NCBI GenBank assembly: GCA_902615625.1
Contig: CACMPM010000004.1
Span: 10,290-74,289, forward strand
Length of the DNA: 64,000 nucleotides
Reading direction: 5' to 3'
Origin: an uncultured Alphaproteobacteria bacterium
GTDB lineage: Bacteria; Pseudomonadota; Alphaproteobacteria; HIMB59; GCA-002718135
Every line of letters begins with the position of its first letter. Positions within the stretch are counted from its first letter, which is position 1. The notes beneath the pieces were generated by a model. That model saw nothing but the letters and a program-made list of their open reading frames with translations. It did not search any database and had not been told where the DNA came from. Shown in pieces: positions 43,728 through 54,330 of this stretch. Both the position numbers and the translations under genes were made by a program.

Positions 43728-45075
43728 GATAAGGCCTTACTAATCTTTTTATTTCTAAAGACTTCTTTTTAACCTCGGTAATTTCCTGCCCTTCAACTAG
43801 TATTCTTACTAACGGTTCAGTTCCAGATAACCTAACAAGAGATCTTATTTTTTTATTATTATATAGTTTATCGTTTTTTAACTTACTAAGAATTTTTAAC
43901 AGTTTTGTATTTTTTGTTTTATATCGTAAGTTAATTTTTTCCTGAGCAAAGTCATCATACAAATCAAATAATTTACTCGCCTTATTTTTATTTGATATCA
44001 AAATTTCAGTAATTTTTAAAGCTGCTAAAATTCCATCGCCAGTATTAGAGTGTTCTGACAAGATTATATGTCCTGATTGTTCACCGCCAATCATAGATTT
44101 AGATTTTTTCATTTGATTTATAACGTTTATATCTCCAACAGCTGTTCGTTTAATATTTAATTTTAATTTATTTGTAAGATAATTTTCTAATCCCATGTTA
44201 GACATGACTGTTATTATAACATCATGTTGATTGGATTTTTTCTTTGGTTTTACATAACTTTTGCAAAGCAATCCTATAATCTTATCACCATCAACTTCTT
44301 TTCCTTCTTCATCTACAACTATTAACCTATCTCCATCACCATCAAATGCAAGTCCAATGTCTGCCTTTTCTTTTATGACATTTTGTGAAAGTGATTTAAC
44401 GTCAACTGCGCCACAATTTTTATTAATATTCAAACCATCGGGATTATTATTCATAGCTATTACATTATGACCTAATTCCCAAAATAAATTTGGAGCTATA
44501 TTGTATGTAGCTCCATTCGCACAATCTAAAACAATTTTTAATTTTTTCTTAGATGACGTTTTCTTTAAAGTACTTTTTAAAAATTCTGAGTATCTGCCCG
44601 AAGCATCTTCTAGTCTTCTTGCATTTCCAGATACAAATGTGTTGTTTTTTACTTTAGAATATTTTTTATTATTTAAAACTATATTTTCAACCTTTTTCTC
44701 TATTGATGAACTTAATTTTGTTCCAGTACTGTCAAAAAATTTAAGCCCGTTATATTCATATGTATTATGAGAAGCTGTAATCATTACACCAATATCAGCT
44801 CTTAAAGTTTTAATCATCAATGGTACAGCAGGTGTTGGCAGTGGACCAACTAAAATTACATCCATGCCCATAGAAATAAATCCGGCTGTAACAAGAGGCT
44901 CGTATAAATAACCAGATAATCTTGTATCTTTACAAATGATAACCCTACTATTTTTAGAATTTTTCTTTTTGAGAAGGAATGCTACTGTCTTTGAAATTTT
45001 TAGACAAGTTTCAGCAGAAAGAGGCTCTTCGTTAACTAAGCACCGTATACCATCGGTACCAAATATTTTAGACAT
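43720..45075 (-). CDS. glmM: phosphoglucosamine mutase
   Basis: 451 aa with the active-site motif TASHNTYEYNGLKFF, the Mg-binding motif FDGDGDRL, and GEQSGHI. Confidence 0.92.
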
Positions 45076-45119
45076 TTATGTCTTTTATTCAAAAAAATAA
45101 ATAAAGTGAAGTACTTAAA

Positions 45120-47021
45120 TTAATTTGCTGGAGCAGGAGCTGATCCACCTGTTTTTGGAACAGATGTGGCTGGTTTTTTTGGTGTGTTTACATCATTATC
45201 AAAATCATCTCGAGTTGGCTTAATACCTTTAATCAAATCTTTAATTTCATCACCTGATAATGTTTCATACTCTAAAAGTCCTTTGGCAACTGTGTGAAGT
45301 TCTTCAATATTATCTTGAAGAATTTTTCTACAACTATTTTCAGCCTCTTCTGCAAGAGATCTTACTTCTTCATCAATTAATTTTGCTGTAGAGTCAGATA
45401 AATTTTTTGATTGAGCAACTGAGTGTCCTAGAAAAACTTCCTCACTATCATTGTTATATCTTAGTCGACCTAACTTTTCACTCATACCCCATTCTGTAAT
45501 CATTTTTTTTGCAAGATTTGTAACCATTTGGATATCACTCGCTGCACCATTAGTAATTTTATCTTTACCAAAAATCATTTCTTCAGCAATTCTTCCTCCT
45601 GTTGCTATTAACAAGTGTGCTTTCATTTGATCTTTTCTCATAGAGAGCTGATCTTTTTCAGGAAGTCTCATAACCATACCTAGTGCTCTACCTCTTGGGA
45701 TTATTGTTGCTTTATGTATTGGATCAGAGGCTGGTGAGTGAAGGGTTGCTACAGCATGACCAGCTTCATGATAAGCTGTAAGTTTTTTTTCGTCTTCAGA
45801 CATTACCATTGATCTTTTTTCAGCGCCCATCATTACTTTATCTTTGGCACTTTCGAAATCCTCGAGTGTAACCATTCTTTTATTTTTTCTAGCAGCTAAT
45901 AGCGCAGCTTCATTAACTAAATTTGCTAAATCAGCTCCAGAGAAACCAGGGGTACCTCTTGCAATAATTTTTGAGTCAAATTTAGGTGAAACTTTGATCT
46001 TCTTAATATGAACCTTGAGGATTTTATCTCTTCCCATTACATCAGGATTATTTACTGTTATTTGACGGTCGAATCTTCCAGGTCTTAGTAGGGCTGGATC
46101 AAGAACATCAGGTCTATTTGTAGCTGCAATTATAATTACACCAGCATTTGCTTCAAAGCCATCCATTTCTACAAGAAGTTGGTTGAGAGTTTGTTCTCTT
46201 TCATCATTACCGCCTCCTAAACCTGCACCACGATGTCTTCCAACTGCATCAATTTCATCTATAAAAACTATACAAGGGGCATTTTTTTTACCTTGATCGA
46301 ACATATCTCTAACTCTACTTGCTCCAACACCTACAAACATTTCAACAAAATCTGATCCTGAAATAGAAAAAAATGGTACATTTGCTTCACCAGCAATTGC
46401 TCTAGCAAGTAGTGTCTTACCTGTGCCAGGAGGTCCAACTAAAAGAGCGCCTCTTGGAATCTTTCCACCTAATCTAGAAAATTTTGAAGGATCTTTTAGA
46501 AACTCAACAACTTCTTCTAATTCTTGTTTAGCTTCATCAATACCTGCTACGTCATCAAAAGTAACTTTACCTACGGCCTCATTTAGTAATTTAGCTTTGG
46601 ATTTTCCAAAGCCCATTGCTTTTCCGCCACCACCTTGCATTTGACGCATAAAGAAAATCCATACTCCAATTAAAAGCAGCATTGGGAACCATGACAATAA
46701 TACACTTAAAAGAGGGTGCATTGATCGCTCTGATGGTTCAGCAGTTATTTTTACACCATTTTCGTTTAACTTATCGACAAGATTTGGATAATTTGGGGCA
46801 TAGGTACTGAATGAACGACCATCGTCAAGAAAACCTGTTACCATATTTCCACTTATATTTACCTCAGAGACATTTCCACTTTCAGTAGCTGCTATGAAGT
46901 CAGAAAAGGATATTTTTGAAGTATTCCTATTGTTAGAGGTTCCTTGGAAGAGATTGAAGAGCACGATTAAGAGCAATCCAATTATTATCCATAATACAAC
47001 ATTTTTACTGATGTTTTTCAT
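45120..47021 (-). CDS. ftsH: ATP-dependent zinc metalloprotease FtsH
   Basis: 633 aa with two N-terminal TM helices, the AAA Walker A motif [11 protein letters not shown], and the zinc site HEAGHA. Confidence 0.98.
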   Translation of the reverse strand: MKNISKNVVLWIIIGLLLIVLFNLFQGTSNNRNTSKISFSDFIAATESGNVSEVNISGNMVTGFLDDGRSFSTYAPNYPNLVDKLNENGVKITAEPSERSMHPLLSVLLSWFPMLLLIGVWIFFMRQMQGGGGKAMGFGKSKAKLLNEAVGKVTFDDVAGIDEAKQELEEVVEFLKDPSKFSRLGGKIPRGALLVGPPGTGKTLLARAIAGEANVPFFSISGSDFVEMFVGVGASRVRDMFDQGKKNAPCIVFIDEIDAVGRHRGAGLGGGNDEREQTLNQLLVEMDGFEANAGVIIIAATNRPDVLDPALLRPGRFDRQITVNNPDVMGRDKILKVHIKKIKVSPKFDSKIIARGTPGFSGADLANLVNEAALLAARKNKRMVTLEDFESAKDKVMMGAEKRSMVMSEDEKKLTAYHEAGHAVATLHSPASDPIHKATIIPRGRALGMVMRLPEKDQLSMRKDQMKAHLLIATGGRIAEEMIFGKDKITNGAASDIQMVTNLAKKMITEWGMSEKLGRLRYNNDSEEVFLGHSVAQSKNLSDSTAKLIDEEVRSLAEEAENSCRKILQDNIEELHTVAKGLLEYETLSGDEIKDLIKGIKPTRDDFDNDVNTPKKPATSVPKTGGSAPAPAN

Positions 47022-47081
47022 CTACTTATTACATAGGAATTTATTATAAAAACACAATAGTTTTGTAGTAAATTAAACAAA

Positions 47082-48044
47082 TTATCTTGAAAATATAAGA
47101 AAATCATCATTTTTTTTTACAATCATGCCTCTCAAGTTAAAATATTTAAAATTCAATTTCTTTATTTCATTAGTTAAGATTCTAATTTTTTTTGATCGTG
47201 GAGCATTAGATCCAGAAAATAAAAATTGATATATTCTTCGTATAATATTTTCAGAATTAATTTCATTTAAATTTTTCATATTATCAAGACCAACAATAAT
47301 TTTTTTACTATCAATCTTAATAATATTTTTGAAAAGTATCTCAAATATCATTTGAATGAAATATGGTGAATAAAAAAGTATGTTCTCAAAATCTTTATTT
47401 ATTTCTTTAATTGATTTTTGGTCAGATTTTATAAGAAAATTTCTTATTGTAGGACGAGTATAATCTAAATTAAAATTTGATGGATCTTTAATATATTCTA
47501 TTTTATTTTTCTTATTATAATTCAATAATGCATCTTTAGAAAAATTTAAAAGTGGTCTAATTACACAAACGTTATTGTAAAGTGAGAATTCAGACATTGA
47601 TTTTAAACCATAAAAGTCACTTCCAGCTATCTTTCTATTCAAAAAAGTTTCTATATTATCATCTTTGTGATGAGCAACAAATAAATGCAAAAAATTATTT
47701 TTAATACAAAAAGCTGTAAGTAAATTATAACGATTATTTCTAGCCTCATTCATATTTTTCTTACTAACATTAACTTGATTTACAGTTAGAATTTGAGAGG
47801 TAATGTTGTTTTTTTTCAAATAGGTAGAAATATATTTTGCTTCATCTTTAGAATTTTTTCTAACACAATGATCTACGATTAAAGCTATTAAGTTTCCTTT
47901 TTTGTATTTTATAAAAGCATTTACAAGGAATAATAATGACATACTATCTGGACCACCTGAAACTGCAACAGCAACAGAGGGGTTCTTTTCAAAAGTATAT
48001 TTTTTTTCTATATTTTTAATGAATTCTTTATTTGTAAGCTTCAT
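47082..48044 (-). CDS. tilS: tRNA(Ile)-lysidine synthase (short form)
   Basis: 320 aa with the PP-loop motif AVSGGPDSMSL. It lies in the conserved position between ybgF and ftsH. Confidence 0.85.
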   Translation of the reverse strand: MKLTNKEFIKNIEKKYTFEKNPSVAVAVSGGPDSMSLLFLVNAFIKYKKGNLIALIVDHCVRKNSKDEAKYISTYLKKNNITSQILTVNQVNVSKKNMNEARNNRYNLLTAFCIKNNFLHLFVAHHKDDNIETFLNRKIAGSDFYGLKSMSEFSLYNNVCVIRPLLNFSKDALLNYNKKNKIEYIKDPSNFNLDYTRPTIRNFLIKSDQKSIKEINKDFENILFYSPYFIQMIFEILFKNIIKIDSKKIIVGLDNMKNLNEINSENIIRRIYQFLFSGSNAPRSKKIRILTNEIKKLNFKYFNLRGMIVKKNDDFLIFSR

Positions 48045-48958
48045 TCATTATTTTCTAAGCAATTATACTCAACAATTTGTTTTTTGGTTTGAGGAATTAT
48101 TTTATTTTTTGGAAAATCTATGATTAATTTTTCCATAGTTTTACAAGCCTCAGTAATTTTTTCAACTTGGTATAATGACTGAGAAAGTTTAAAAAGCATT
48201 TCTGCAGCTTTAATACTGTCTGGAAATTTTTGGAAACCTTCAGCAAATATAAGTGCTGCTTCTCTATAATTTTTTTCTAGAATATATAATTCTCCAAGCC
48301 AATAATGTGCTGAACCTGATAATTGATTTTCAGGATTATCTGAGATAAACTGTTCAAATGAAATTTTAGCATCCTGCCATTTTTTATCTCTAATATTATC
48401 AAATGCTACTTGGAATTGATCTTCAGGTGATAAGACCTCTTCTTTTTCATTAGAATTTACCTCCTGATCATCAGATACAAGTTCTTCTGTTGTATCATTT
48501 GTGTTTTTTGAGATGTTTAATGTTCCAAGTGTATTTTCAGTTTCAATATTAGTTAAAGTATTGTTTTGAACCTCAGAACCATCTTGTGAAACTTCATCAA
48601 TATTGACTTCAACATTTTTTAAAGGAGCTGATTGAAAATTATTGATAATTATTTCTAAATTTTCTAACTTATTAAAAATATCGTCTAGTTGAAAATATAA
48701 TTCTTCTAAATTAGAAGTTAAATTTTTTATATCATTTTCAATATCATATATTCGCAAATCAATAGCAGAAAGATTTTGAACAAAATCATTATTAGTTCCA
48801 TTTAACTGACTTGAAGGGTCTGAAAATACTTCTTTAGAAAGATCTGAGACTTCTCTTTGTAACCTTTCTAATTGCTGACTAATTGTAAGTTCATTTTCAT
48901 TAGAAAAGACACAACTTGAGAAAAAAAAGATTAAAACACTGAGTATGTATTTAAACAT
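48041..48958 (-). CDS. ybgF: tol-pal system protein YbgF/CpoB
   Basis: 305 aa with a signal peptide, an N-terminal coiled coil, an acidic linker and C-terminal TPR-like repeats (AHYWLGELYILEKNYREAALIF). It lies downstream of pal. Confidence 0.82.
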   Translation of the reverse strand: MFKYILSVLIFFFSSCVFSNENELTISQQLERLQREVSDLSKEVFSDPSSQLNGTNNDFVQNLSAIDLRIYDIENDIKNLTSNLEELYFQLDDIFNKLENLEIIINNFQSAPLKNVEVNIDEVSQDGSEVQNNTLTNIETENTLGTLNISKNTNDTTEELVSDDQEVNSNEKEEVLSPEDQFQVAFDNIRDKKWQDAKISFEQFISDNPENQLSGSAHYWLGELYILEKNYREAALIFAEGFQKFPDSIKAAEMLFKLSQSLYQVEKITEACKTMEKLIIDFPKNKIIPQTKKQIVEYNCLENNE

Positions 48959-48992
48959 TAACGGTTTTTAATTTGTAATTAAGATAAAAATG

Positions 48993-49016
48993 TGGCGCTA
49001 TATAAATATAGCGCCA
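48993..49016 (-). terminator. intrinsic-terminator-like hairpin between pal and ybgF
   Basis: A perfect 10-bp stem, TGGCGCTATA-TTTA-TATAGCGCCA on the minus strand, is followed by CATTTTTATCTT. It is GC-containing, which is unusual in this AT-rich spacer. Confidence 0.55.
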
Positions 49017-49035
49017 TAGTATTAAGGCAATTAGA

Positions 49036-49563
49036 TTAGTTAACTATAGTTACTGATCTTCTATTTTGAGCCCATGCTCCATCGTTAGATCCTACAACAG
49101 CAGGTCTTTCTTTACCATAACTAATAGTTGAAACTCTGTCTGGGTTTATTCCTAATCCTATTAGATAATTTTTAACAGCTTGAGCTCTTTTTTCACCAAG
49201 AGCTAAGTTGTACTCTCTAGTTCCTCTTTCATCGCAGTGTCCTTCAATTGTCACTGAAACATCACTATTCTGCTTAAGCCATGCAACTTGATCTTGAAGT
49301 AACTCCAAAGCATCTGAGTCTAAATCTGAACTATCATATCCAAAAAATACTCTATCACCAACATTAACAATTAGATCTTCCTGAGATCCAGAAACTATAC
49401 CGCTTCCTGCTGTTTCAGTTATAGTTCCTTCTGAAGAAACATCACTTCCAGAGCTGCTGGATCCTGATCCTGATGAGTCAGCTGAGTCTTTTGGTGTTGT
49501 TGCGCATGCGGCAACAAACAAAACCATAAATATAGAGATAAAAAACTTGTAAAACATAAACAA
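49036..49563 (-). CDS. pal: peptidoglycan-associated lipoprotein Pal
   Basis: 175 aa with the lipobox FVAAC, a Ser/Gly-rich linker, and the OmpA-like domain motif EGHCDERGTREYNLALGEKRA. A strong AAGGGAG Shine-Dalgarno lies upstream. Confidence 0.95.
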   Translation of the reverse strand: MFMFYKFFISIFMVLFVAACATTPKDSADSSGSGSSSSGSDVSSEGTITETAGSGIVSGSQEDLIVNVGDRVFFGYDSSDLDSDALELLQDQVAWLKQNSDVSVTIEGHCDERGTREYNLALGEKRAQAVKNYLIGLGINPDRVSTISYGKERPAVVGSNDGAWAQNRRSVTIVN

Positions 49564-49657
49564 TGCTCCCTTAATACTAAAAGTAGATATACTAAATTAT
49601 TCTGAGATCATTAACATTTTTTTCAGAATTTCGTATATTTTTTTGTATTATATTCAA

Positions 49658-50974
49658 TTAATGCATCAATGGAGACCACGCTGGATCTGATCCTCCTAGA
49701 GGGGTTATTACTTTTCTTTCATTAAAACCCGTTAAATCAATAGAATATAGACTAGATTCACCTCCTGAACCATCTTCAGCAGTTCTCTCTTCTTTAAAAT
49801 ACATCAAAAATCTGCCATTTGGAGCCCATGTTGGCCCCTCGACATGGAATGATTTTGCAATCATTCTTTCATTTGAGCCATCAATCTCCATAACACCTAT
49901 ATAAAATTGTCCTCCCTCTTGTTTAGTGAATGCAATCATATCTCCTCTTGGAGACCAGACTGGTGTGTAGTAACTTCCTGCTTCCCTGCTAATTCTTTTA
50001 ATATTTTTTCCATTATTATCACTTACGTACAAATGCCTTCGTCCACTTCTATCTGAATTAAAAACTATTTTTTTTCCATCAGGTGAAAAACTCGCAGAAA
50101 CATCTATTGAAGAATTATTAGTAACTCTTTTTGAAATTCTTGTTTTTAGATCAAGAATATAAATTTCGGAATTACCAATTTCTGGGTCCGTATAAGACAT
50201 TACGATTTGATTACCATCAGGTGAAAAACGTGGAGCAAATGTCATTCCAGGAAATTCGCCTACTATTTCTTGTTTACCAGTTTCTATATCAAAAATGTAA
50301 ACTCTAGGATTATTTCTATTTGCATAAGACATGTATGTAATTTTTTGTGAATTAGGAGAAAACCTTGGAGTTAAAACTAGATATGATCCATCTGTTAAAA
50401 AACGATGATTTGATTGATCCTGATCCATGATTGCTAATCTTTTTTGTTTATTTTCTTTTGGCCCTGTCTCAGCAACATAAACTATTCTTGTATCAAAGTA
50501 ACCACCTTCGCCAGTTATATTTTTAAAAATGGAATCTGAAATAATATGAGCAACTCTCCTCCAATTTTTTTCACTAGTCTCGTATTTTTTTCCCACTATT
50601 TGTTTTTGTTGAAACACATCATACAATCTAAATTCAACAGATATTTTTCCATTATTAGATGAAATTTTTCCTGAAACTAAATGTTGTGCTTTTATTAACT
50701 TCCAATCTTCAAATCTAGGTTTATTAGATAGAGATTGATTATCCTGAATAAATGATCTTTTATCTATTGGTAAAAAGAGTCCAGACCTTTCTAAATTATC
50801 AGAAATAACAGTTGAAATATTTTTACCTACTTTAGTTAATTGTAAATTTTTTGAGTATAGTTCTGTTACAGCTATTGGAGTTGGCTTCACGCTACCTTGT
50901 GTTAGGGTAACTTCTAAAGAAAAGACTTTAAAACTAAAAAATATAAAAAAGGTTATAAAAAAAACTTTTTTCAT
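49658..50974 (-). CDS. tolB: Tol-Pal system beta-propeller protein TolB
   Basis: 438 aa with a signal peptide and repeated P.FSPDG / W(S/A)P propeller blades. Confidence 0.95.
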   Translation of the reverse strand: MKKVFFITFFIFFSFKVFSLEVTLTQGSVKPTPIAVTELYSKNLQLTKVGKNISTVISDNLERSGLFLPIDKRSFIQDNQSLSNKPRFEDWKLIKAQHLVSGKISSNNGKISVEFRLYDVFQQKQIVGKKYETSEKNWRRVAHIISDSIFKNITGEGGYFDTRIVYVAETGPKENKQKRLAIMDQDQSNHRFLTDGSYLVLTPRFSPNSQKITYMSYANRNNPRVYIFDIETGKQEIVGEFPGMTFAPRFSPDGNQIVMSYTDPEIGNSEIYILDLKTRISKRVTNNSSIDVSASFSPDGKKIVFNSDRSGRRHLYVSDNNGKNIKRISREAGSYYTPVWSPRGDMIAFTKQEGGQFYIGVMEIDGSNERMIAKSFHVEGPTWAPNGRFLMYFKEERTAEDGSGGESSLYSIDLTGFNERKVITPLGGSDPAWSPLMH

Positions 50975-52044
50975 TAGTACCCTTTCATAATACTATAATC
51001 GAAAGTAATTGTAAGATTTTTCCATAGATTATATTTATCTTTTGGAAGTTTTAACGGTGTACATTCTGGGTTTAAGAGAGTTCTCATTGCGCTGTCTGTA
51101 ATTGGTCCATAAAATGGATTAGTTTTAGCTATATTTGTGTCAACAATGCGGATACTATTTGGCGAAACTTTCATATTTTGTAATACTTTTGCTGAAATTG
51201 TTACTTTATCTCCTCTTTCTATAACTGCGCCTGCTGGAGCATTCCAACAAGAAGATAATTGCTGCCTCAACATGTCAATTTCAGATATTGATAGTATAAT
51301 ATTTTCATTAGAATCATCTGAACTTTTATTATCAATCTCTTCAACATCTTCTTTAACTTCATTTTGAATCATATTTGTTTTTTCATTTCTTAAATCTTTG
51401 AGCATTGAAGCTATACTAAAATCTTTTTCGGGTTTTGGTTTTGGTTTAGATATTGCCTTATTGTTTTCCAACTTTGGCTTATCTTTTATGTTTGTTTCAA
51501 CATCTAAATCTGATTTTATATTTTCATCATTTATAATTTTTGGTTTTGGCTTCAACTTAGGTTTAATCATATCAGTTTTAATTGATTCTACCTTTTTCTT
51601 AATTTCTACAATTTCCTTTTCTTTGATAACTATTTTTTTTTCTTCTTTAACTTCTAAATTTGGAGTTTGTTTCACTTCTATAACTGGTTGATTTGGATTA
51701 GTTTTTTCTTCAATTTCATTTTTATTTATTTCAACATTTTTTTTTACTTCTAATTGATCTGATGAATTAAATTTTTTTTGCTTAGTAATTGTTTCCTTAT
51801 TTTTATTTTCTGGTTTTTTAGTATCAGATTTTTTCAAATTTGTGTTTTCATCAACATTAAGTATTTCAATAGGTATTACATTTGGAACGTAGATTTCTTT
51901 TGGAGAAAAAAAATTTGGCAAGCCGACCATAAATAGAAGGATAATTAAATGTATTAGTGTTGAAAAAATAACTCCAGATGTTTTAGGATTTAAGTTTTCA
52001 AAAAAATTTATTATTTTTAAACTATTATAGCTTATACGGTCCAT
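50974..52044 (-). CDS. tolA: TolA-like cell envelope integrity protein
   Basis: 356 aa with an N-terminal TM, a long Lys/Glu/Pro-rich low-complexity spacer (KPKLKPKPK), and a small C-terminal globular domain. It lies between tolR and tolB. Confidence 0.8.
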   Translation of the reverse strand: MDRISYNSLKIINFFENLNPKTSGVIFSTLIHLIILLFMVGLPNFFSPKEIYVPNVIPIEILNVDENTNLKKSDTKKPENKNKETITKQKKFNSSDQLEVKKNVEINKNEIEEKTNPNQPVIEVKQTPNLEVKEEKKIVIKEKEIVEIKKKVESIKTDMIKPKLKPKPKIINDENIKSDLDVETNIKDKPKLENNKAISKPKPKPEKDFSIASMLKDLRNEKTNMIQNEVKEDVEEIDNKSSDDSNENIILSISEIDMLRQQLSSCWNAPAGAVIERGDKVTISAKVLQNMKVSPNSIRIVDTNIAKTNPFYGPITDSAMRTLLNPECTPLKLPKDKYNLWKNLTITFDYSIMKGY

Positions 52045-52473
52045 CTATTGCTCAAGATTTTGAGTAATTAATGCAACTTTAATATATCCTGCAGAATTTA
52101 TTATGGACATAATTTCCATAATCCTTCCATAAGCTACTACTCTATCACCCCTTATATAGATCCTTGCTTCAGTATTTTGTTCGGTAATAGCGTTTAGTCG
52201 AGGAATCAAGTTTTCTACTTCAACATTTGATTCTCCAATGTAGACTTCTCCGTCTAACTTAACGGTTATCTCAATTGGATCTTTAATATCAGTTAATGCA
52301 GTAGCTTTAACCTTTGGTAAATCAACTTTTATTCCAACCGTTAGAAGAGGTGCAGTAACCATAAAAACAATTAGTAAAACAAGCATAACATCTACAAAAG
52401 GAGTAACGTTAATTTCACTCATTTGAGTGTACCGTTGCTTCTTACGTTTGTTTAAATTATTTGAGGTAATCAA
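52045..52473 (-). CDS. tolR: Tol-Pal system protein TolR (ExbD family)
   Basis: 142 aa. EINVTPFVDVMLVLLIVFM is the ExbD/TolR TM motif. Confidence 0.92.
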   Translation of the reverse strand: MITSNNLNKRKKQRYTQMSEINVTPFVDVMLVLLIVFMVTAPLLTVGIKVDLPKVKATALTDIKDPIEITVKLDGEVYIGESNVEVENLIPRLNAITEQNTEARIYIRGDRVVAYGRIMEIMSIINSAGYIKVALITQNLEQ

Positions 52474-52474
52474 T

Positions 52475-53188
52475 TTATTTTTTCTCTAATTGTCTAAAAA
52501 AAATTGTTGAGAATTCATCCATAAATGTTTCTAGGGATATGAAGTATTTTGATAGATCATTTGAAATTTTATTGTACGCAACTACAGCAGGTATAGCCAC
52601 AAACAAACCTAATGCTGTAGCAAATAGTGCCTCTGCAATTCCTGGCGCAACTACTGCTAAATTTGTATTTTGAGCTATTGCAATTGATTTGAAACTATTC
52701 ATTATACCCCAGACGGTTCCAAATAATCCAATAAAAGGTGCAGTTGATCCAGCGGTTGCGAGAAATGTTAAATTTCTCTCAACATTTTCACTTTCTTTAT
52801 TAAAAACAACTGTCATTGATCTCATCATTCTATCTTTTAAAGAATTAATATCAGATGTATCATTTTCAAACTGAGTTTTACTTTTTTTCCACTCTAAAAT
52901 TGCAGCACAAAACAATTTTGATTTTGGATCTATCTGATTAAAGTTTAGAGTTTCATATAAATCTTCAAATGAATTTCCAGACCAAAAAATATCTTCAAAT
53001 TCTTTTTCAAGTTTTTTTAATTGTCGAATTCTTAAAATTTTTGAAATTATTACGTTCCAGGAATATAAAGAAGCTAAGATTAAAATGATAATTACAGATT
53101 TGACAACAAGGTCAGCTTGCATAAATAATGCAAGCATTGAAAAGTCAGGAGCTTCTGTCGATAAATTTGTGCTATTAATATCTGCCAT
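52475..53188 (-). CDS. tolQ: Tol-Pal system protein TolQ (MotA/ExbB family)
   Basis: 237 aa with three TM helices and the conserved LATAGSTAPFIGLFGTVWGIM. Confidence 0.94.
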   Translation of the reverse strand: MADINSTNLSTEAPDFSMLALFMQADLVVKSVIIILILASLYSWNVIISKILRIRQLKKLEKEFEDIFWSGNSFEDLYETLNFNQIDPKSKLFCAAILEWKKSKTQFENDTSDINSLKDRMMRSMTVVFNKESENVERNLTFLATAGSTAPFIGLFGTVWGIMNSFKSIAIAQNTNLAVVAPGIAEALFATALGLFVAIPAVVAYNKISNDLSKYFISLETFMDEFSTIFFRQLEKK

Positions 53189-53193
53189 AATAA

Positions 53194-53487
53194 TTATTTT
53201 TTAATTTTTTCAAGATCACTGCTATGAACCATAACCCAAAATCCTGGTCTATTTTTTTCACATAATGCTATTACTGGTGTCTTGCCCTCCTCTTTTGCAA
53301 GCTTTGCAGTATCATCCCATAAACTAATTGCTGTATGCTTAGCTCTTAATTTACATTCTATAAATAAGTCTTCGTGAATTACATCAGCTCTTGTTACTTT
53401 ACCATTACCTCCGCTCAAAGGTGTCCTTTTCCCATTGAAATAGTTTGCAACATCTCTTTCTCTTTTTTTCCAAGCTTTATCAGGCAT
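53194..53487 (-). CDS. small PD-(D/E)xK nuclease-fold protein (Hjc / VRR-NUC-like)
   Basis: 97 aa: MPDKAWKKRERDVANYFNGKRTPLSGGNGKVTRADVIHEDLFIECKLR... It has the pattern E10, D35, E44-x-K46. An AAGGA Shine-Dalgarno lies 6 nt upstream. It is wedged between yebC (14-nt gap) and tolQ (5-nt gap). Confidence 0.6.
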   Translation of the reverse strand: MPDKAWKKRERDVANYFNGKRTPLSGGNGKVTRADVIHEDLFIECKLRAKHTAISLWDDTAKLAKEEGKTPVIALCEKNRPGFWVMVHSSDLEKIKK

Positions 53488-53501
53488 CTATATTCCTTTC
53501 A

Positions 53502-54251
53502 TTAGGCTGTCAGTGAAGATAAAATATTATCATCAACTTCAAAATTTGATGATACAACTTGAACGTCGTCATTGTCTTCTAAAACTTCAAATAATTTAAA
53601 TAGTTTGTCTGCCGTATCTTTTCCAATATTTATATTATTTTTACTTTTCCAAATTAAATTTGCAGAATTAGTCTGACCATACCGTTTAATTAATTTATCA
53701 TTAAGTTCATGCAAATCTTTTTGATCACAGTATATTGAATATTCTGTGTCATTAATTTCGTAATCTTCACTATTATTTTCAATAAGAAATTCTAGAAGTT
53801 GATCTTCTTTTACTAAGTTTTTATCAAGAGTGATATTTCCAAATCTATCAAAACCAAAACTAACGCTTCCTGTTTCACCTAAATTACCCCCATGTTTACT
53901 AAAAGATGATCTAATCTCTGCAGCTGTTCTGTTTTTATTATTTGTAAGTGCCTCAACTATTATTGCAATACCTTCAGGGCCGTACCCTTCATATCTTACT
54001 TCTTCGTAATTACTATCAGGATCATTCCCTTGACCTTTTTTAATTGCTCGCTCAATATTATCTTTTGGCATATTAAGCGACTTAGCTGAAGCAATTGCAG
54101 ATCTTAACCTAATATTACTTTCAATATCTTCGCCACCGACTTTGACTGCAACAGATATTTCTCTTCCAAGTCTTGAAAATACCTTTGCTCTTTTTTTATC
54201 TTGAGCACCTTTTCGATGCATAATATTTTTAAACTTGGAGTGGCCTGCCAT
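53502..54251 (-). CDS. yebC: YebC/PmpR-family DNA-binding transcriptional regulator
   Basis: 249 aa. MAGHSKFKNIMHRKGAQDKKRAKVFSRL is the canonical YebC N-terminus. Confidence 0.95.
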   Translation of the reverse strand: MAGHSKFKNIMHRKGAQDKKRAKVFSRLGREISVAVKVGGEDIESNIRLRSAIASAKSLNMPKDNIERAIKKGQGNDPDSNYEEVRYEGYGPEGIAIIVEALTNNKNRTAAEIRSSFSKHGGNLGETGSVSFGFDRFGNITLDKNLVKEDQLLEFLIENNSEDYEINDTEYSIYCDQKDLHELNDKLIKRYGQTNSANLIWKSKNNINIGKDTADKLFKLFEVLEDNDDVQVVSSNFEVDDNILSSLTA

Positions 54252-54330
54252 TTCGAGTAGATTTATAAATATTTTATCCGATGTTAGTAAAGATATAAAA
54301 TATTAGATAAATGTGTCTAATATATGCAAA

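Noticed and set aside
47022-47081. Candidate ftsH promoter, with a perfect TATAAT on the minus strand.
   Set aside because: The best -35 at a 17-nt spacing is TTACTA (3/6), and TATAAT-like hexamers are frequent in this AT-rich DNA. The evidence is too weak to report as a feature.
51420-51560. Repetitive GGTTTTGG/GGTTT motifs noticed as a possible tandem-repeat or CRISPR-like element.
   Set aside because: They are the antisense of KPKPK/KLKPK low-complexity coding sequence in the TolA spacer domain. There is no regular repeat-spacer periodicity.
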